Assembly: GCA_963676395.1 (NCBI GenBank)
Contig: OY781066.1
Span: 768,001 to 832,000 of the forward strand
DNA: 64,000 nucleotides
Direction: 5' to 3'
DNA from: a bacterium
GTDB lineage: Bacteria; Fidelibacterota; Fidelibacteria; Fidelibacterales; Fidelibacteraceae
The position numbers and the translations under genes were made by a program. How positions within the stretch are numbered: position 1 is the first letter of the stretch; each line of letters begins with the position of its first letter. Positions 1 through 10,626 of the stretch are shown here, piece after piece. The notes below the pieces were generated by a model, which saw only the letters and a list, made by a program, of their open reading frames with translations, did no database searches and was not told the DNA's origin.

Positions 1-613
1 GTAGTTGTTCACATTTATACTTAAAATCATCTTTTTCAGAATATATATTAAATTCAATTAATCCAATCAAACCAAATAAATGACCATTTAAAATTAATGA
101 AGGTCTATCTGTAGCGCATTCTTCAATCCAAAGATCATTTTCCTCAAGTTGCGCCAAAGTTCCACCTTGTTCCACAGGAAGTAACATAAAATTTAAAAGA
201 CCTTGGGCAAAGCCTAAATACTTTTTCTCTCCAGAATGATTAAATGCTCTGACAAATACTGATGCAGCCTGTCCTTGAGCCATACCCGAATACCATGGTG
301 CAGATAATTTATACCACCTGTGGGGGAAATTATAAGGTAAGGCTAAGATATTTTCCCCTTGGGCAACAACATTGTTCTCTAGCCAGCTTACTTGTTTATA
401 AAATTTCTCAAGTTTTTTTTCATCTATCTCATTCACATATTCATCATATAGGCATAGCGCATACTGTGAAACTGTAACGGGATTATGTTGCCATCCAATT
501 TGAGTATCCAGAAACCGATAATCAACTTTAGGCACACCATTCTTAATTTTATACCTGATTCGAAAATCATTTGAGTTGTTAAAATCGGAAACGGACATAT
601 ATTTCAATACCAC
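1..613 (-). CDS. D-glucuronyl C5-epimerase family protein (runs off the window start; absent from the ORF track)
   Basis: Manual minus-strand translation from GTG 613 (GGAGG RBS just upstream; alternative ATG 598) is open to position 1. It reads ...NPVTVSQYAL...WYSGMAQGQAASVFVRAF...VEQGGTL...WIEECA...SLILNGHLFGLIGL, matching GLCE C-terminal domain motifs. Confidence 0.8.
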   Translation of the reverse strand, partial: MVLKYMSVSDFNNSNDFRIRYKIKNGVPKVDYRFLDTQIGWQHNPVTVSQYALCLYDEYVNEIDEKKLEKFYKQVSWLENNVVAQGENILALPYNFPHRWYKLSAPWYSGMAQGQAASVFVRAFNHSGEKKYLGFAQGLLNFMLLPVEQGGTLAQLEENDLWIEECATDRPSLILNGHLFGLIGLIEFNIYSEKDDFKYKCEQL

Positions 614-615
614 TG

Positions 616-1881
616 TTATTCCTCCGTGCAATATCTTTTAAGATAATACCTATAAAATATAAAATTAATTATTCCATTTGTCCAAATTGAAGCTGTTGTC
701 GCAATTGCAGCCCCTTTTAAACCCATTCGCGGTATTAAGGTTAAATTCAAAGTTACATTTACAATTAACAGAATAAAATTTGAATAACTGTTCCATTTTG
801 ATTTACCTACGGCAGAAATTATATTTGCCAAAGGTATTCTAAATATATATGCACCAATAACCATAATAAAAAGAATTGATATGATAGGCTGAGATTCGAT
901 ATAATCATGTCCAAATAATCTAACGATATATGCCCCAAAAACAAACCAAACAGTCAAGATAAGCAATAAAATCGGAATAATATTTCTGAGATATTTTTTA
1001 TAATAATCTACAAGAAATTTTCTGTCTGAAGCATGCTCGGCAATATGAACAAAGTCCGTAGTGAACAAAACCAGGGGTATAGAAAGTAAATTAACCGGAA
1101 TAATTGTTGCTACCTTATATAATGCCAATTGATTGCTGTCAGTCAATATATTGCCAACCATAATAACGTCTAACACCAACATTAATTGAGCTGCTATTAT
1201 TCCCACTCCCAACCATGCGCCATATTTCAGGTATTGTCCAATTGGAATCTTTTCATGCCTTTTAATACGAAGTTGATACTGTCTTTTATATAATAAATAA
1301 AGTATAACAGCAGCAATAAAAGGTATGAATACATAAGCAATAATATAACCTGACACATTAAAATAATAGGCCGCGATAGGACAAATTATCAGAGAAAGAA
1401 TTGCCTTTAACAACAAAGAAAAAGAATACAGTTTATTGTTCTTTTGCGCTCTAAAGTAAGATGATATCATTTGGAAAAGAAAAAATGTAATCATTAATGG
1501 CGAAAACATTCGCAAATATCTTCCTGCTTCAGGAATTTTTATCGTTATCCATTTTGAAGAAATGATTAATATAAAACATAAAACTAAAGAAAATAGCGAC
1601 CCCCATGTACTTAAGCTTAAAAATAAATTATTCTTTACCTGAAGGTCTCCCTCCAAACCACCAAAACGGACTAATGAATAATGCAAGCCCAGTCCAACAA
1701 CAGGAACAAATAAAGTAATAATGGAAAAAGCATAACTTATATTACCATAATCATTTGTAGTAAAAATCCTTATGATAATTAAACTAATAACAAAAGTAAT
1801 CACCTTTGTTAACATCGTAGAGAAAAACACATAATGTCCACCCCTGCTTAAAAATCCTTTCGATAAACTTTTATTCATCAA
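616..1881 (-). CDS. wzx: Wzx-type oligosaccharide flippase
   Basis: 421 aa, many TM segments, C-terminal NxxLIPxxGxxGAAIAT motif, located in a polysaccharide cluster. Confidence 0.85.
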   Translation of the reverse strand: MMNKSLSKGFLSRGGHYVFFSTMLTKVITFVISLIIIRIFTTNDYGNISYAFSIITLFVPVVGLGLHYSLVRFGGLEGDLQVKNNLFLSLSTWGSLFSLVLCFILIISSKWITIKIPEAGRYLRMFSPLMITFFLFQMISSYFRAQKNNKLYSFSLLLKAILSLIICPIAAYYFNVSGYIIAYVFIPFIAAVILYLLYKRQYQLRIKRHEKIPIGQYLKYGAWLGVGIIAAQLMLVLDVIMVGNILTDSNQLALYKVATIIPVNLLSIPLVLFTTDFVHIAEHASDRKFLVDYYKKYLRNIIPILLLILTVWFVFGAYIVRLFGHDYIESQPIISILFIMVIGAYIFRIPLANIISAVGKSKWNSYSNFILLIVNVTLNLTLIPRMGLKGAAIATTASIWTNGIINFIFYRYYLKRYCTEE

Positions 1882-2998
1882 TCAACAACTTCTTATAGTT
1901 TTCTATTAAACACTTTTCTTCATTTGCCCAATTGTATTTTTCTAGTATTGCTTTAAGGCCATTATTACCCATCTCGGTTCTTTTATCAGGATTTCTTTTT
2001 AAATATTTAATAGCACTTGCAATCTCTTCAGGGTTCTCTGGATTCACACAAATTCCACAATTGTTTTTCTCTATTATTTCTTTCCACAACGGGTAATTTG
2101 AAGCAATAACAGGTATAGCGGCACTCATATATTCAAACATCTTGTTTGGCTGTGCCTCCACATGATTTGGTTGAGGCAAAAAAGTAACAATACCGGCGAT
2201 AGAATTATTCATTATCTCATAAACAATTTCTCTATTAACATTACCATAGTATATGACTTTATCCCAAGATGGTATAGCACTAAATTTCTGTTCCAGTCCT
2301 TTATCGTTATACTTACCTGCCAACTGAAGTTTTACATCATCAATATATGCTAATGACTGAATTACTTGACTAACCCCTCTTATAGCAGATATACTGCCAA
2401 TATAACATACATTATCGTTATCTTTCTTATCCCTTTTCAATTTTGCAACTTCATTTAACAAAGGATAATTATTTATCACAATTGTGTTGGTATTTATTTT
2501 CTGCAGCTTATTCTTTATTGTTTGCGTAACCGTAATCAACATATCAAAACGTTTACAGGCAAACGCTTCATAATACGAAAATATTTTTGATATTATTTTT
2601 AGAGTAAAGCGACCAAGGTATGGTTTGCTGATAATTTGTTTTGTTACATCTTCATGAACGTCAAATATAACTTTTTTTCCCCTTCTTTTTAACTTTAAAC
2701 CAATAGGTATCAATTCAGGGTCATGGAAATGAAATATTTCAACGTCCATTGTTTTAGCTTTTTTATATACCTTGCGCGTAGATAGTAGTATTCTTTTTAA
2801 TCTATGATTTTCTTTTCCAACATCTATAATTGCATTATCTTTATCATTACCTTTTCCATCTGCAACAATAAAGGATACATTAAACCCTGCCTTCTTTAAC
2901 GAAGTAATCTCTTTAAAATAAATCCTTATATCCTGCCTTGGATGAGCAGAACTTAAATGACACACCTTAGTTTTTTTTACTAATTTCTCGATAGACAT
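1871..2998 (-). CDS. GT4 family glycosyltransferase
   Basis: HFHDPEL and PNKMFEYMSAAIPVIAS (GT-B) motifs. Confidence 0.9.
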   Translation of the reverse strand: MSIEKLVKKTKVCHLSSAHPRQDIRIYFKEITSLKKAGFNVSFIVADGKGNDKDNAIIDVGKENHRLKRILLSTRKVYKKAKTMDVEIFHFHDPELIPIGLKLKRRGKKVIFDVHEDVTKQIISKPYLGRFTLKIISKIFSYYEAFACKRFDMLITVTQTIKNKLQKINTNTIVINNYPLLNEVAKLKRDKKDNDNVCYIGSISAIRGVSQVIQSLAYIDDVKLQLAGKYNDKGLEQKFSAIPSWDKVIYYGNVNREIVYEIMNNSIAGIVTFLPQPNHVEAQPNKMFEYMSAAIPVIASNYPLWKEIIEKNNCGICVNPENPEEIASAIKYLKRNPDKRTEMGNNGLKAILEKYNWANEEKCLIENYKKLLIDE

Positions 2999-4151
2999 TC
3001 AATATCCTGTCAATTATACTATTTCCACCATACTTGTTAGCTATTTCCTTTGAAATAGCTAGACTATTATATGTTTTAAATGTTTCTGACATTCTCAGTA
3101 TCGCCCGAGCAAGCGCTTGACTATCATTCACATTAACAAGAATTCCATTGCCTTGATTTACAATGTCTTCCGGACCACCTGATCGAGTTGATATCACGGG
3201 TTTCCCCAAAGAAAGTGCCTCAATTAATACGATTCCAAAACCCTCTCTAAGCGAAGGCAAAATAAAGAAATCACAATCTTTATAATAACTTAACAATACT
3301 TCACGAGGTTGCGCTTCAAGAAATTTCACACAAGTACTCAATCCAAGTTTTTCCTTAATATTTTCAAGCTTATTTTTAAAAGCATTATCAATATTATCTC
3401 CGATAACAACAAGTTCAAAATCCTTTATACCTGATTCTTTAAGAGCAGGCAACAAGACTTGAAGTCCTTTAGTTTCAGTATATGCACCCACCATTAATAT
3501 TTTATTCTTAACATTTTTTTTAAAGGTGTCAACTTTTATATTATTATCTGATTCTGTTAGGGTTATCACATTTGGTATCACAATAATTTTATTTTCAAAT
3601 TCTGGATATATTTTTATAATATCTTCCCTAATTCTCTTTCCTACAACAATAATTCTATCACTGAAATACAAATTTCTATATACTTTTTTCTTAAGTAATC
3701 GTTTATTGTAATTCCCATACCAATCACTACCGTGAATAGTTAGTACCACAAATTTATTGGGAAACTTCTTTTTAATTACAGGAATTACGCAAGCATCCGG
3801 ATAGACAAAATTTACATGTACAACATCAATATTTGACTCTATTAGTGGCAGTACAGATTTTAATAAATTTCTCCCAACACTTGAATAAAACAGTTTCTTG
3901 GGATAAGTAATATATTCCGGACGTGTAAGCGGATATTTACTATAGCTCTTAAAAGGTATCTGCTTATAATAATACCATACTTTTTTTAGATAAACAGGAA
4001 AAAACACTTTGGGTCGCGGAGCAATAACCTGAACATTCACCCGATCACTTAACAAGTCTGCAATATCCTTAACAAATATTCCTTTTACTTCCAATCCTTT
4101 AGCAGGAAATGAATGGGAAATAATAGCTATATTAAGTTTATTATTTGCCAT
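2967..4151 (-). CDS. GT4 family glycosyltransferase
   Basis: EGFGIVLIEALSLGKPVISTRSGG (E-x7-E) motif. Confidence 0.9.
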   Translation of the reverse strand: MANNKLNIAIISHSFPAKGLEVKGIFVKDIADLLSDRVNVQVIAPRPKVFFPVYLKKVWYYYKQIPFKSYSKYPLTRPEYITYPKKLFYSSVGRNLLKSVLPLIESNIDVVHVNFVYPDACVIPVIKKKFPNKFVVLTIHGSDWYGNYNKRLLKKKVYRNLYFSDRIIVVGKRIREDIIKIYPEFENKIIVIPNVITLTESDNNIKVDTFKKNVKNKILMVGAYTETKGLQVLLPALKESGIKDFELVVIGDNIDNAFKNKLENIKEKLGLSTCVKFLEAQPREVLLSYYKDCDFFILPSLREGFGIVLIEALSLGKPVISTRSGGPEDIVNQGNGILVNVNDSQALARAILRMSETFKTYNSLAISKEIANKYGGNSIIDRILNVYREISKKN

Positions 4152-5397
4152 TTAATGCTAATCCACCTTTAACCATTAAATACTTTTCGGAAAAAAACAC
4201 AATAATTCCCCAATACATATACGTCGTAATTGCTTGAAAGGAAAATTCATAAAAAGACATTATAAATGTTAATACCAGCAGAGATACAATAAATATTTTT
4301 ACAAAAGAAAATTTTCGGAACAAATTTTCAATTGAATAGCGAGTAAACGCCCCCCATAAAATACAAATTACACTCAAGCCGATAATCCCAAAATCCTGAT
4401 AAGGAGATTTTGCAAACGTGAAAGTATTTAAGGCCATTGCCTCACCCTGACCAATATTATAAAAATTATTATACGCCCCAATTACAAGTCCCTTGTCCAT
4501 TAATCCCAAATTTGCAAACCATTTTACTAAAGATCTAAAACTTGCGACTCCAAATGAAAGCGGGGGATCATAATAAAGAAATTTATCAAATGCCGAGCTG
4601 GGTCCGGCCAAATAAGCATACATGCTTCGTGTTGCATAATATTCAACATCTAAAACATAAGTAGCTCTCCACCTTACGATAAACAAAAAAAATGAGACTA
4701 TAAAAACTATTGCAATAACACTGTACACCAATATTTTTTTTAAAAACTGTTTCTGCTCTTCTTTAGGTAAAAAATAACTATAATAAATAATACTTAAAAA
4801 CCACAATCCAAAGGACATGATCAAGCCAAAACGATTAAGATTCATAATACTATAGACAACAATAAGGATCAAAGGAATTAAGCCCGTAAACTTCCATTTT
4901 GAATTTTGGGCCATCATTACTCCCCCCAGTACAGCCAAAGGGAAGAGTATTGAGCAGAGATATGCACCTAATTTATACAACAAAGGAGATATGCCGTTTA
5001 TTTCCCCTTCCTGAATCATAACGATCGTAGCTCGAGCTAAATAGGGATTTTCAACATATAATCTAAAATTATTTGTTACACTTGCAATTTGCATTCCAAT
5101 AAGTATAATACCTAGCAAAACAAAAGCAGACAAGGTCAATATTAATTGACCTAACAATTGACTATCAATTATTATATTTCTTATATTTGTTGAATCTTTT
5201 GAAGTATTCAGATAAAAGGAACCAATAAAATAATAGCCCAGGACTATAGATAATAACCCAATCAAGAGGATTTTTAATGTGTCATTAGAAATAACCAGAA
5301 AATGATATGGATTATTTACATTCAAGTATAATACAATTGTCCATAGTATCGTTAAAAGAACAATTGGTGTGTGAATGTATAATTTATTCGAATTCAT
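4141..5397 (-). CDS. wzy: O-antigen/oligosaccharide repeat-unit polymerase (Wzy-like)
   Basis: 418 aa polytopic membrane protein with a periplasmic loop and NTFT...YQDFG motif; lies between the chain-length regulator and the GTs. Confidence 0.7.
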   Translation of the reverse strand: MNSNKLYIHTPIVLLTILWTIVLYLNVNNPYHFLVISNDTLKILLIGLLSIVLGYYFIGSFYLNTSKDSTNIRNIIIDSQLLGQLILTLSAFVLLGIILIGMQIASVTNNFRLYVENPYLARATIVMIQEGEINGISPLLYKLGAYLCSILFPLAVLGGVMMAQNSKWKFTGLIPLILIVVYSIMNLNRFGLIMSFGLWFLSIIYYSYFLPKEEQKQFLKKILVYSVIAIVFIVSFFLFIVRWRATYVLDVEYYATRSMYAYLAGPSSAFDKFLYYDPPLSFGVASFRSLVKWFANLGLMDKGLVIGAYNNFYNIGQGEAMALNTFTFAKSPYQDFGIIGLSVICILWGAFTRYSIENLFRKFSFVKIFIVSLLVLTFIMSFYEFSFQAITTYMYWGIIVFFSEKYLMVKGGLALNGK

Positions 5398-5413
5398 GTG
5401 TCTTTATTTAGGC

Positions 5414-6496
5414 TCAAGTAAAGTATGTCTCTTTAATATTTGCGGCAATCAAACTTAAAATAGAACTAAGCATCAAGACAAGAATTAAATTACTTGCTCG
5501 CTGTGGCTTATACTTAACATCTGAAGGTATCGCTTCATCTAGTACGATCAGTTTAATTTCTTCCTTTTGATTTGATAATTTTGCCTGTTCATATTCAACG
5601 GCAAGAAATTGAACTATTTGCTCCTGAACCATAACATCGCGATATTTTCTTAAATACTCAATTCCTTGGTCTGATAATCTATCTACCGGAACATTTGAAA
5701 ATTCATTTGTGCTTTTATATTCATTAACTTTTTTTGTAAAATTTTCGATTTGCGAATTTAGTTCCTTAACTCTAGAATCATCAATCGAAGAAGAACTTAC
5801 AAGAATGTCTCTTTGTACTTCAATTTTCATACGTTGTACTTCTAATTCGGTTAATGCCTGATATGTATACCCGGTTTGAGTTTCCAAATCATAAATACCT
5901 GTTCTTTTCTGGAATGCCCCAAAATCCTCTTCAATTTTATATAACTTGCTGTATTGTTTATTATAAACATCTTCTACATAACTTTTGTAATTATTCTCAA
6001 ATTTTTTGATTATATTTTGCAATTCAAGGACATAGAAATTTGCCATATCTGATGCCATTTGAGCATCTTCCTTAAAAACAACAGTAATATTGATAGAACC
6101 GTCTTCATTATCCACAAAAGAAACATCCGTTCTTAATTTTTCATAGATCTTAACTTTTTTATCAATTTTCCATACTCTTGCTAGATCAAACTCATCAATC
6201 ACCTTGTCGGCAATAGTTCTACTACTTAAATATCTAATATATCTTTGTGTCTCTACATTCTGTCCAAAAATCCCCCCAGATAATCCAAAAGAATTTAAAG
6301 CTACAGAGTTAACATTTAATTGATTACCTTGCTCTTCGGAGATAACCACAGCTGTACTTCTATACCATTCCGGTAGTAATAAAAGAATTCCAACCGCTAT
6401 CACTGCAACTACAGCATTAACAATCACCAATTTCCAAAAATACTTCTGGATCAATTTGATAAGTTTGGGTAATTCTTTTCTATTGTGTTCAGACAT
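5414..6496 (-). CDS. Polysaccharide chain-length determinant (Wzz/GumC-like)
   Basis: TM helices at both termini, coiled-coil middle, 'VLDEAIPSDVKYKPQR'. Start moved to ATG 6496 (AAGGA RBS). Confidence 0.8.
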   Translation of the reverse strand: MSEHNRKELPKLIKLIQKYFWKLVIVNAVVAVIAVGILLLLPEWYRSTAVVISEEQGNQLNVNSVALNSFGLSGGIFGQNVETQRYIRYLSSRTIADKVIDEFDLARVWKIDKKVKIYEKLRTDVSFVDNEDGSINITVVFKEDAQMASDMANFYVLELQNIIKKFENNYKSYVEDVYNKQYSKLYKIEEDFGAFQKRTGIYDLETQTGYTYQALTELEVQRMKIEVQRDILVSSSSIDDSRVKELNSQIENFTKKVNEYKSTNEFSNVPVDRLSDQGIEYLRKYRDVMVQEQIVQFLAVEYEQAKLSNQKEEIKLIVLDEAIPSDVKYKPQRASNLILVLMLSSILSLIAANIKETYFT

Positions 6497-6518
6497 ATAT
6501 TTTCCTTTAAATAAGCTA

Positions 6519-7703
6519 TTAAATGTTACCTGCAGCAATAAATGCAGTAATAACGGTTGATGCAATACTGGCGATCATTGAAACAAAAGATAAGATTGAT
6601 ATCTCACCTATCATAATATCTTCACCTGATCGTTTAACCAGTACAATATCTCCACGTCTGATTTGCAGATTATCAACTTTTCTTATTCTTTTTGAACCAC
6701 GAATGACCATGACTGAATTTGCTGACCCTTTATAGTTTACACCTCCGGCCATGGCAATATAATCATGCACTGTATGACCGGGGACAAAATCATATGTTCC
6801 CGGCCTATTTACATGGCCATTAACTTGTATTCTCTCTAAAACAGCAAACTCAAGAATATCTCCAGCCTGTAAAGTATAACTACCCATATCATTCACATTA
6901 ATAGTATGACTAAAACTTTTATCATCACGTTTTGTAATCGTAACTGCAGAATAATCTGAAGCATCTGATAGACGAATCTTTCGGTGATAAAACTCCAACA
7001 AAGTTTCTCCTTCAATCAATGGAACAAGGGATTTGGTTTTTACAGGACCATACACTTCTACACATTCTTTAGCAATATCAGCAAAAGGTATATAGATCGA
7101 TTCCCCTGCACTTAAATAAGGATTATTTTCCATATCACCAAACAAGTAATAATTGTAGATATTTACAGTCTTAACATCATTACCCTTTTTAATTTGAATA
7201 GCAAAATCTTTTCCTAAATGATGTAATCTTGTTTTTTTTAGATATTCATCCAATCTTGAGGTCGCGGGTAAGGTAATCATTCCTGGTGTTTCCACCGCTC
7301 CTGTAATTGGGATCTTGATTTTTTTCACATTATTTAGATCAATTTCAACCATAGCGTTTCTATTAACGCTTTTGCATAATTTGAATATAAGCTTTTTTGA
7401 CTCATTAAATGTCATTTCATCTAAAAGCACTTGACCAAAGCCGGGGATTGTCAGTTCTCCAGACATCCCAACTTGAAGAGTATAAGTCATAGGTTTAGAA
7501 CTTAAGATCTGGATTAAAAATACATCACCGGCCCCCACTATATAACTGTCAGGGTCTAAAGAACGATCAACAGGTGATATACTTGTTACCGTACTAATAA
7601 CATTTGTCTGATTTTGACCATTGTCTGTTTGCAAAAAGCTTTGGGCGTTAAGGCAGAAGGTAAATGTTAATAATACCACAATACTAAATTTTCTAAATCT
7701 CAT
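6519..7703 (-). CDS. Polysaccharide export protein with SLBB domains (Wza/KpsD-like)
   Basis: Signal peptide, 'YIVGAGD' poly-export motif, repeated GxVxxPG SLBB motifs. Confidence 0.85.
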   Translation of the reverse strand: MRFRKFSIVVLLTFTFCLNAQSFLQTDNGQNQTNVISTVTSISPVDRSLDPDSYIVGAGDVFLIQILSSKPMTYTLQVGMSGELTIPGFGQVLLDEMTFNESKKLIFKLCKSVNRNAMVEIDLNNVKKIKIPITGAVETPGMITLPATSRLDEYLKKTRLHHLGKDFAIQIKKGNDVKTVNIYNYYLFGDMENNPYLSAGESIYIPFADIAKECVEVYGPVKTKSLVPLIEGETLLEFYHRKIRLSDASDYSAVTITKRDDKSFSHTINVNDMGSYTLQAGDILEFAVLERIQVNGHVNRPGTYDFVPGHTVHDYIAMAGGVNYKGSANSVMVIRGSKRIRKVDNLQIRRGDIVLVKRSGEDIMIGEISILSFVSMIASIASTVITAFIAAGNI

Positions 7704-7783
7704 TTCATCTCCATTGCAAAAGATTTAATAACCTCAAAATATAAGCTAATGTTAGGTTTTTTAAAAACATTTCTAAAGATTAG

Positions 7784-10561
7784 CTACTTACTTAATACCA
7801 TTTTACCGATTCCGGCAGATACTTGGTCTACTTCCAATCGATAAACATACACACCGGAGGGAATATTTGTTCCATCAAATGTAAGTTTGTGTGTACCGGC
7901 ATTCATATAACCAAAATCATAGACCTTTAGCATTTCACCTTTCATATTAAATACGGTCAATTTTGTATTGGCTGCTGCTTCAAGTGAATACTCAATAGTC
8001 GTTGTCGGATTAAACGGATTTGGATAATTTTTCATCAGTTGGTGACGTGTGGGAAGGGTCTCTTCAATACTAACTCCCGTATCATGTCCCATATATTTCA
8101 AGATTTCACCGGCCAGTGCTTCGCGCTTGGCGGCTGTGGTTATAACTTCAAAAGGAAAACCCATCGTTATTACCTGTCCCTCTTCACTACCTCCGGTAAA
8201 CATGCCGCTAAACGCAACGGCAGCATTCTTGCCATTAGCATATTTAAGAACACTTTGAGATCCGCCATTTGTGCTCAAAACATCAGGATAATCTTCGGGG
8301 TAAGTTCCTTCTTGTGATCCATCTTCGGAATAGTAAAAATCCAAGGGTTCAAAATGTGTACCGCTGGTACCTTTAACATGATAATTATCCGCGTCATCTT
8401 CTGAAAATTTTGCTTTCAAGAAGTCATATATAAATTCTTTATCGCTTGTGTTTCCTTTATTATCTAAATCCCAACCAATCTCAGAACCGGATACGAATAA
8501 TTTACCACCTTGCTGCAAATAAGCTTTTACCATGCTTTGTTCGGTGCTGTTAAATGTTTGATCCGAAGTACTTTCGTCTCCACAAATCCACCAAACCAGA
8601 TCGTAATCTTCAAGATCAATATCTGAGTAAATAACCGCTTCATTAGCACAGGCATTATATGTAACACTCCAATGATCCAATGCGGTTGCTATTTGACTTA
8701 CAAATTTATGCGTTGGTTGGGCATAGGATCCCATTCGATCAAAACCATCAACGATCAATACTTTATAATCATTCATCAGATCCATTGCTGAATAAACATC
8801 AGATATATTGTAATAATTTAGGTCTGTTGATACGTAGGCTCCAATTGCATAATCATAATGAACTGTTGGGGTTTGAGTTAATGTTGTATTCAAGGTGCCT
8901 TTAGGAACTGTGGCGATCACCGAGAATTCACTTTCGTTTTTTGTTTTTCTCAGGATCTTATATCCATCAAATTCTACCGTTTCATCAGCTTCCCATTCCA
9001 AGTAAACACTATCAACATTGCTTGTTAATACAGTCAAAGTAGGACGAGGTGCTATAGAGTTTTCAATACTGTTATATCGAACAGGCTTATATGAACCCAA
9101 ATCAGAGATATTCCATGTATAATATCTTGCGGCCCAGCCGGGATTCCCGCTGGCGGTTTCTTCAATTTGAACCAGTTTACCTTGTGCCGTCCATTCTACA
9201 ACCAAACGAATGTGCGAGCCGGCATTATTGGTGGCATCTGCCGGCAGAAGATCATTAAATGATGCAAGCTCTGTAGTTACCTGATGAAAACTTGAAGTTG
9301 TATATCTGGATGTGGTTTCCCAGCAAACACATACAAAACCGGAACAATCTGCACCAACACATCCCGACCAGTCAACCCCTGCTGAGGTATTTCGGTCTCC
9401 GGCCAACTTCCCGGCAGCCACACCGGCATCAAATTCGGCAACTGTATTCCATCCACCCCATTTATAAGGAACACGCTGATTTTGTCCAACCTTTATCCAT
9501 TCGGGAGTTGTCACGATTGATGTTGTGCCAATATTAGCTGCGGTAGCAGTCCAAACATGAGTTACATATTCATCTGCAATCTCCAATGCACCGGCTCTAT
9601 TAATAGATCTTGCCGTCGGTTTTGTCAAAGAATTTTCTTCTTCTATCTCAGGTTCACTCACCAGAAAATCATTAAAATGGTATTCTTCACTAAAAGCATC
9701 AGGATAAGAGGTATATGTATCTTTTTGACTATCGAGATCCCAACGAATAATATGAATACCATCTTTAGCGGAATGCATATGATAAAGTTCGCCGGTGGCA
9801 CCAATAAAAAATTCTTTAAAGACATAAGTGTATTTCTGCATCGGCAATGCCAGTGTATGTTCTAAATTCCCATCAGCATCGATCAATAACACATAGCGTT
9901 GAACTCGTAACGGTGAATGTTCTAAAATACTTTCGGCATACACGTAGTAGTCACCTTGAGCGCTTGTACCGATAAGATCAACCGAAGCGACTTCATCAAT
10001 TATGTATCGATGCTCATTTCCGGCAATCTCAAGGATCAAGTTATTCGGAAGCTCTCTTCTAACATTTATCGCTTTGATATTGCTCTTAGCCAAATAGTTT
10101 TGACTCAGTGCAATACTACCTTTAGGGCCGGAAATTCTTGAGTTTAAGCCTTCTTGCCTAAAACCGTTATACATGGCTTTATTATCACCTAAATGTGCTA
10201 TTCGTGTTTTAACGCCATTTTCAAGGCAGTAAACATCATTCTGTTTCATAAGATAGAGTTTTGAGCCATCAACATGAAAATCGATTACAAAAGGTTCTTC
10301 GATGGACCGTGAAGCAGATAATTTTTTCCCGGTATAGGTCTTGAGTTTTTTGTTTTCCGTATCAAGAATAAAGATATCATTATTTTCCACCTGAAAAGAG
10401 AGGGGTCCATTATGAAGACCGGGATAGCTTTCATGTTTAAGCTGATTCTCACCTTCTCCCCAAGGCACAAATAAAACTTCATTAAATTGCATTCCGGCAA
10501 ATAGAATTACCAGATTCAAGCAAAAGATCGTAATAGTTTTTAACACATTTTTCATTTTCAA
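7784..10561 (-). CDS. Secreted multidomain protein: NlpC/P60-like domain, FN3-like domain, Por/T9SS-type C-terminal domain
   Basis: Signal peptide; PYKWGG...DCSGFV...H; C-terminal NYPNPFNPTTTIEY...SGVYVYRL. Confidence 0.7.
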   Translation of the reverse strand: MKMKNVLKTITIFCLNLVILFAGMQFNEVLFVPWGEGENQLKHESYPGLHNGPLSFQVENNDIFILDTENKKLKTYTGKKLSASRSIEEPFVIDFHVDGSKLYLMKQNDVYCLENGVKTRIAHLGDNKAMYNGFRQEGLNSRISGPKGSIALSQNYLAKSNIKAINVRRELPNNLILEIAGNEHRYIIDEVASVDLIGTSAQGDYYVYAESILEHSPLRVQRYVLLIDADGNLEHTLALPMQKYTYVFKEFFIGATGELYHMHSAKDGIHIIRWDLDSQKDTYTSYPDAFSEEYHFNDFLVSEPEIEEENSLTKPTARSINRAGALEIADEYVTHVWTATAANIGTTSIVTTPEWIKVGQNQRVPYKWGGWNTVAEFDAGVAAGKLAGDRNTSAGVDWSGCVGADCSGFVCVCWETTSRYTTSSFHQVTTELASFNDLLPADATNNAGSHIRLVVEWTAQGKLVQIEETASGNPGWAARYYTWNISDLGSYKPVRYNSIENSIAPRPTLTVLTSNVDSVYLEWEADETVEFDGYKILRKTKNESEFSVIATVPKGTLNTTLTQTPTVHYDYAIGAYVSTDLNYYNISDVYSAMDLMNDYKVLIVDGFDRMGSYAQPTHKFVSQIATALDHWSVTYNACANEAVIYSDIDLEDYDLVWWICGDESTSDQTFNSTEQSMVKAYLQQGGKLFVSGSEIGWDLDNKGNTSDKEFIYDFLKAKFSEDDADNYHVKGTSGTHFEPLDFYYSEDGSQEGTYPEDYPDVLSTNGGSQSVLKYANGKNAAVAFSGMFTGGSEEGQVITMGFPFEVITTAAKREALAGEILKYMGHDTGVSIEETLPTRHQLMKNYPNPFNPTTTIEYSLEAAANTKLTVFNMKGEMLKVYDFGYMNAGTHKLTFDGTNIPSGVYVYRLEVDQVSAGIGKMVLSK

Positions 10562-10626
10562 TTCATTCCCACTTTAACTAATTTAGTTTTGCACGAGAAT
10601 ATACAATAAATTTTCTGAGGTAAAAC

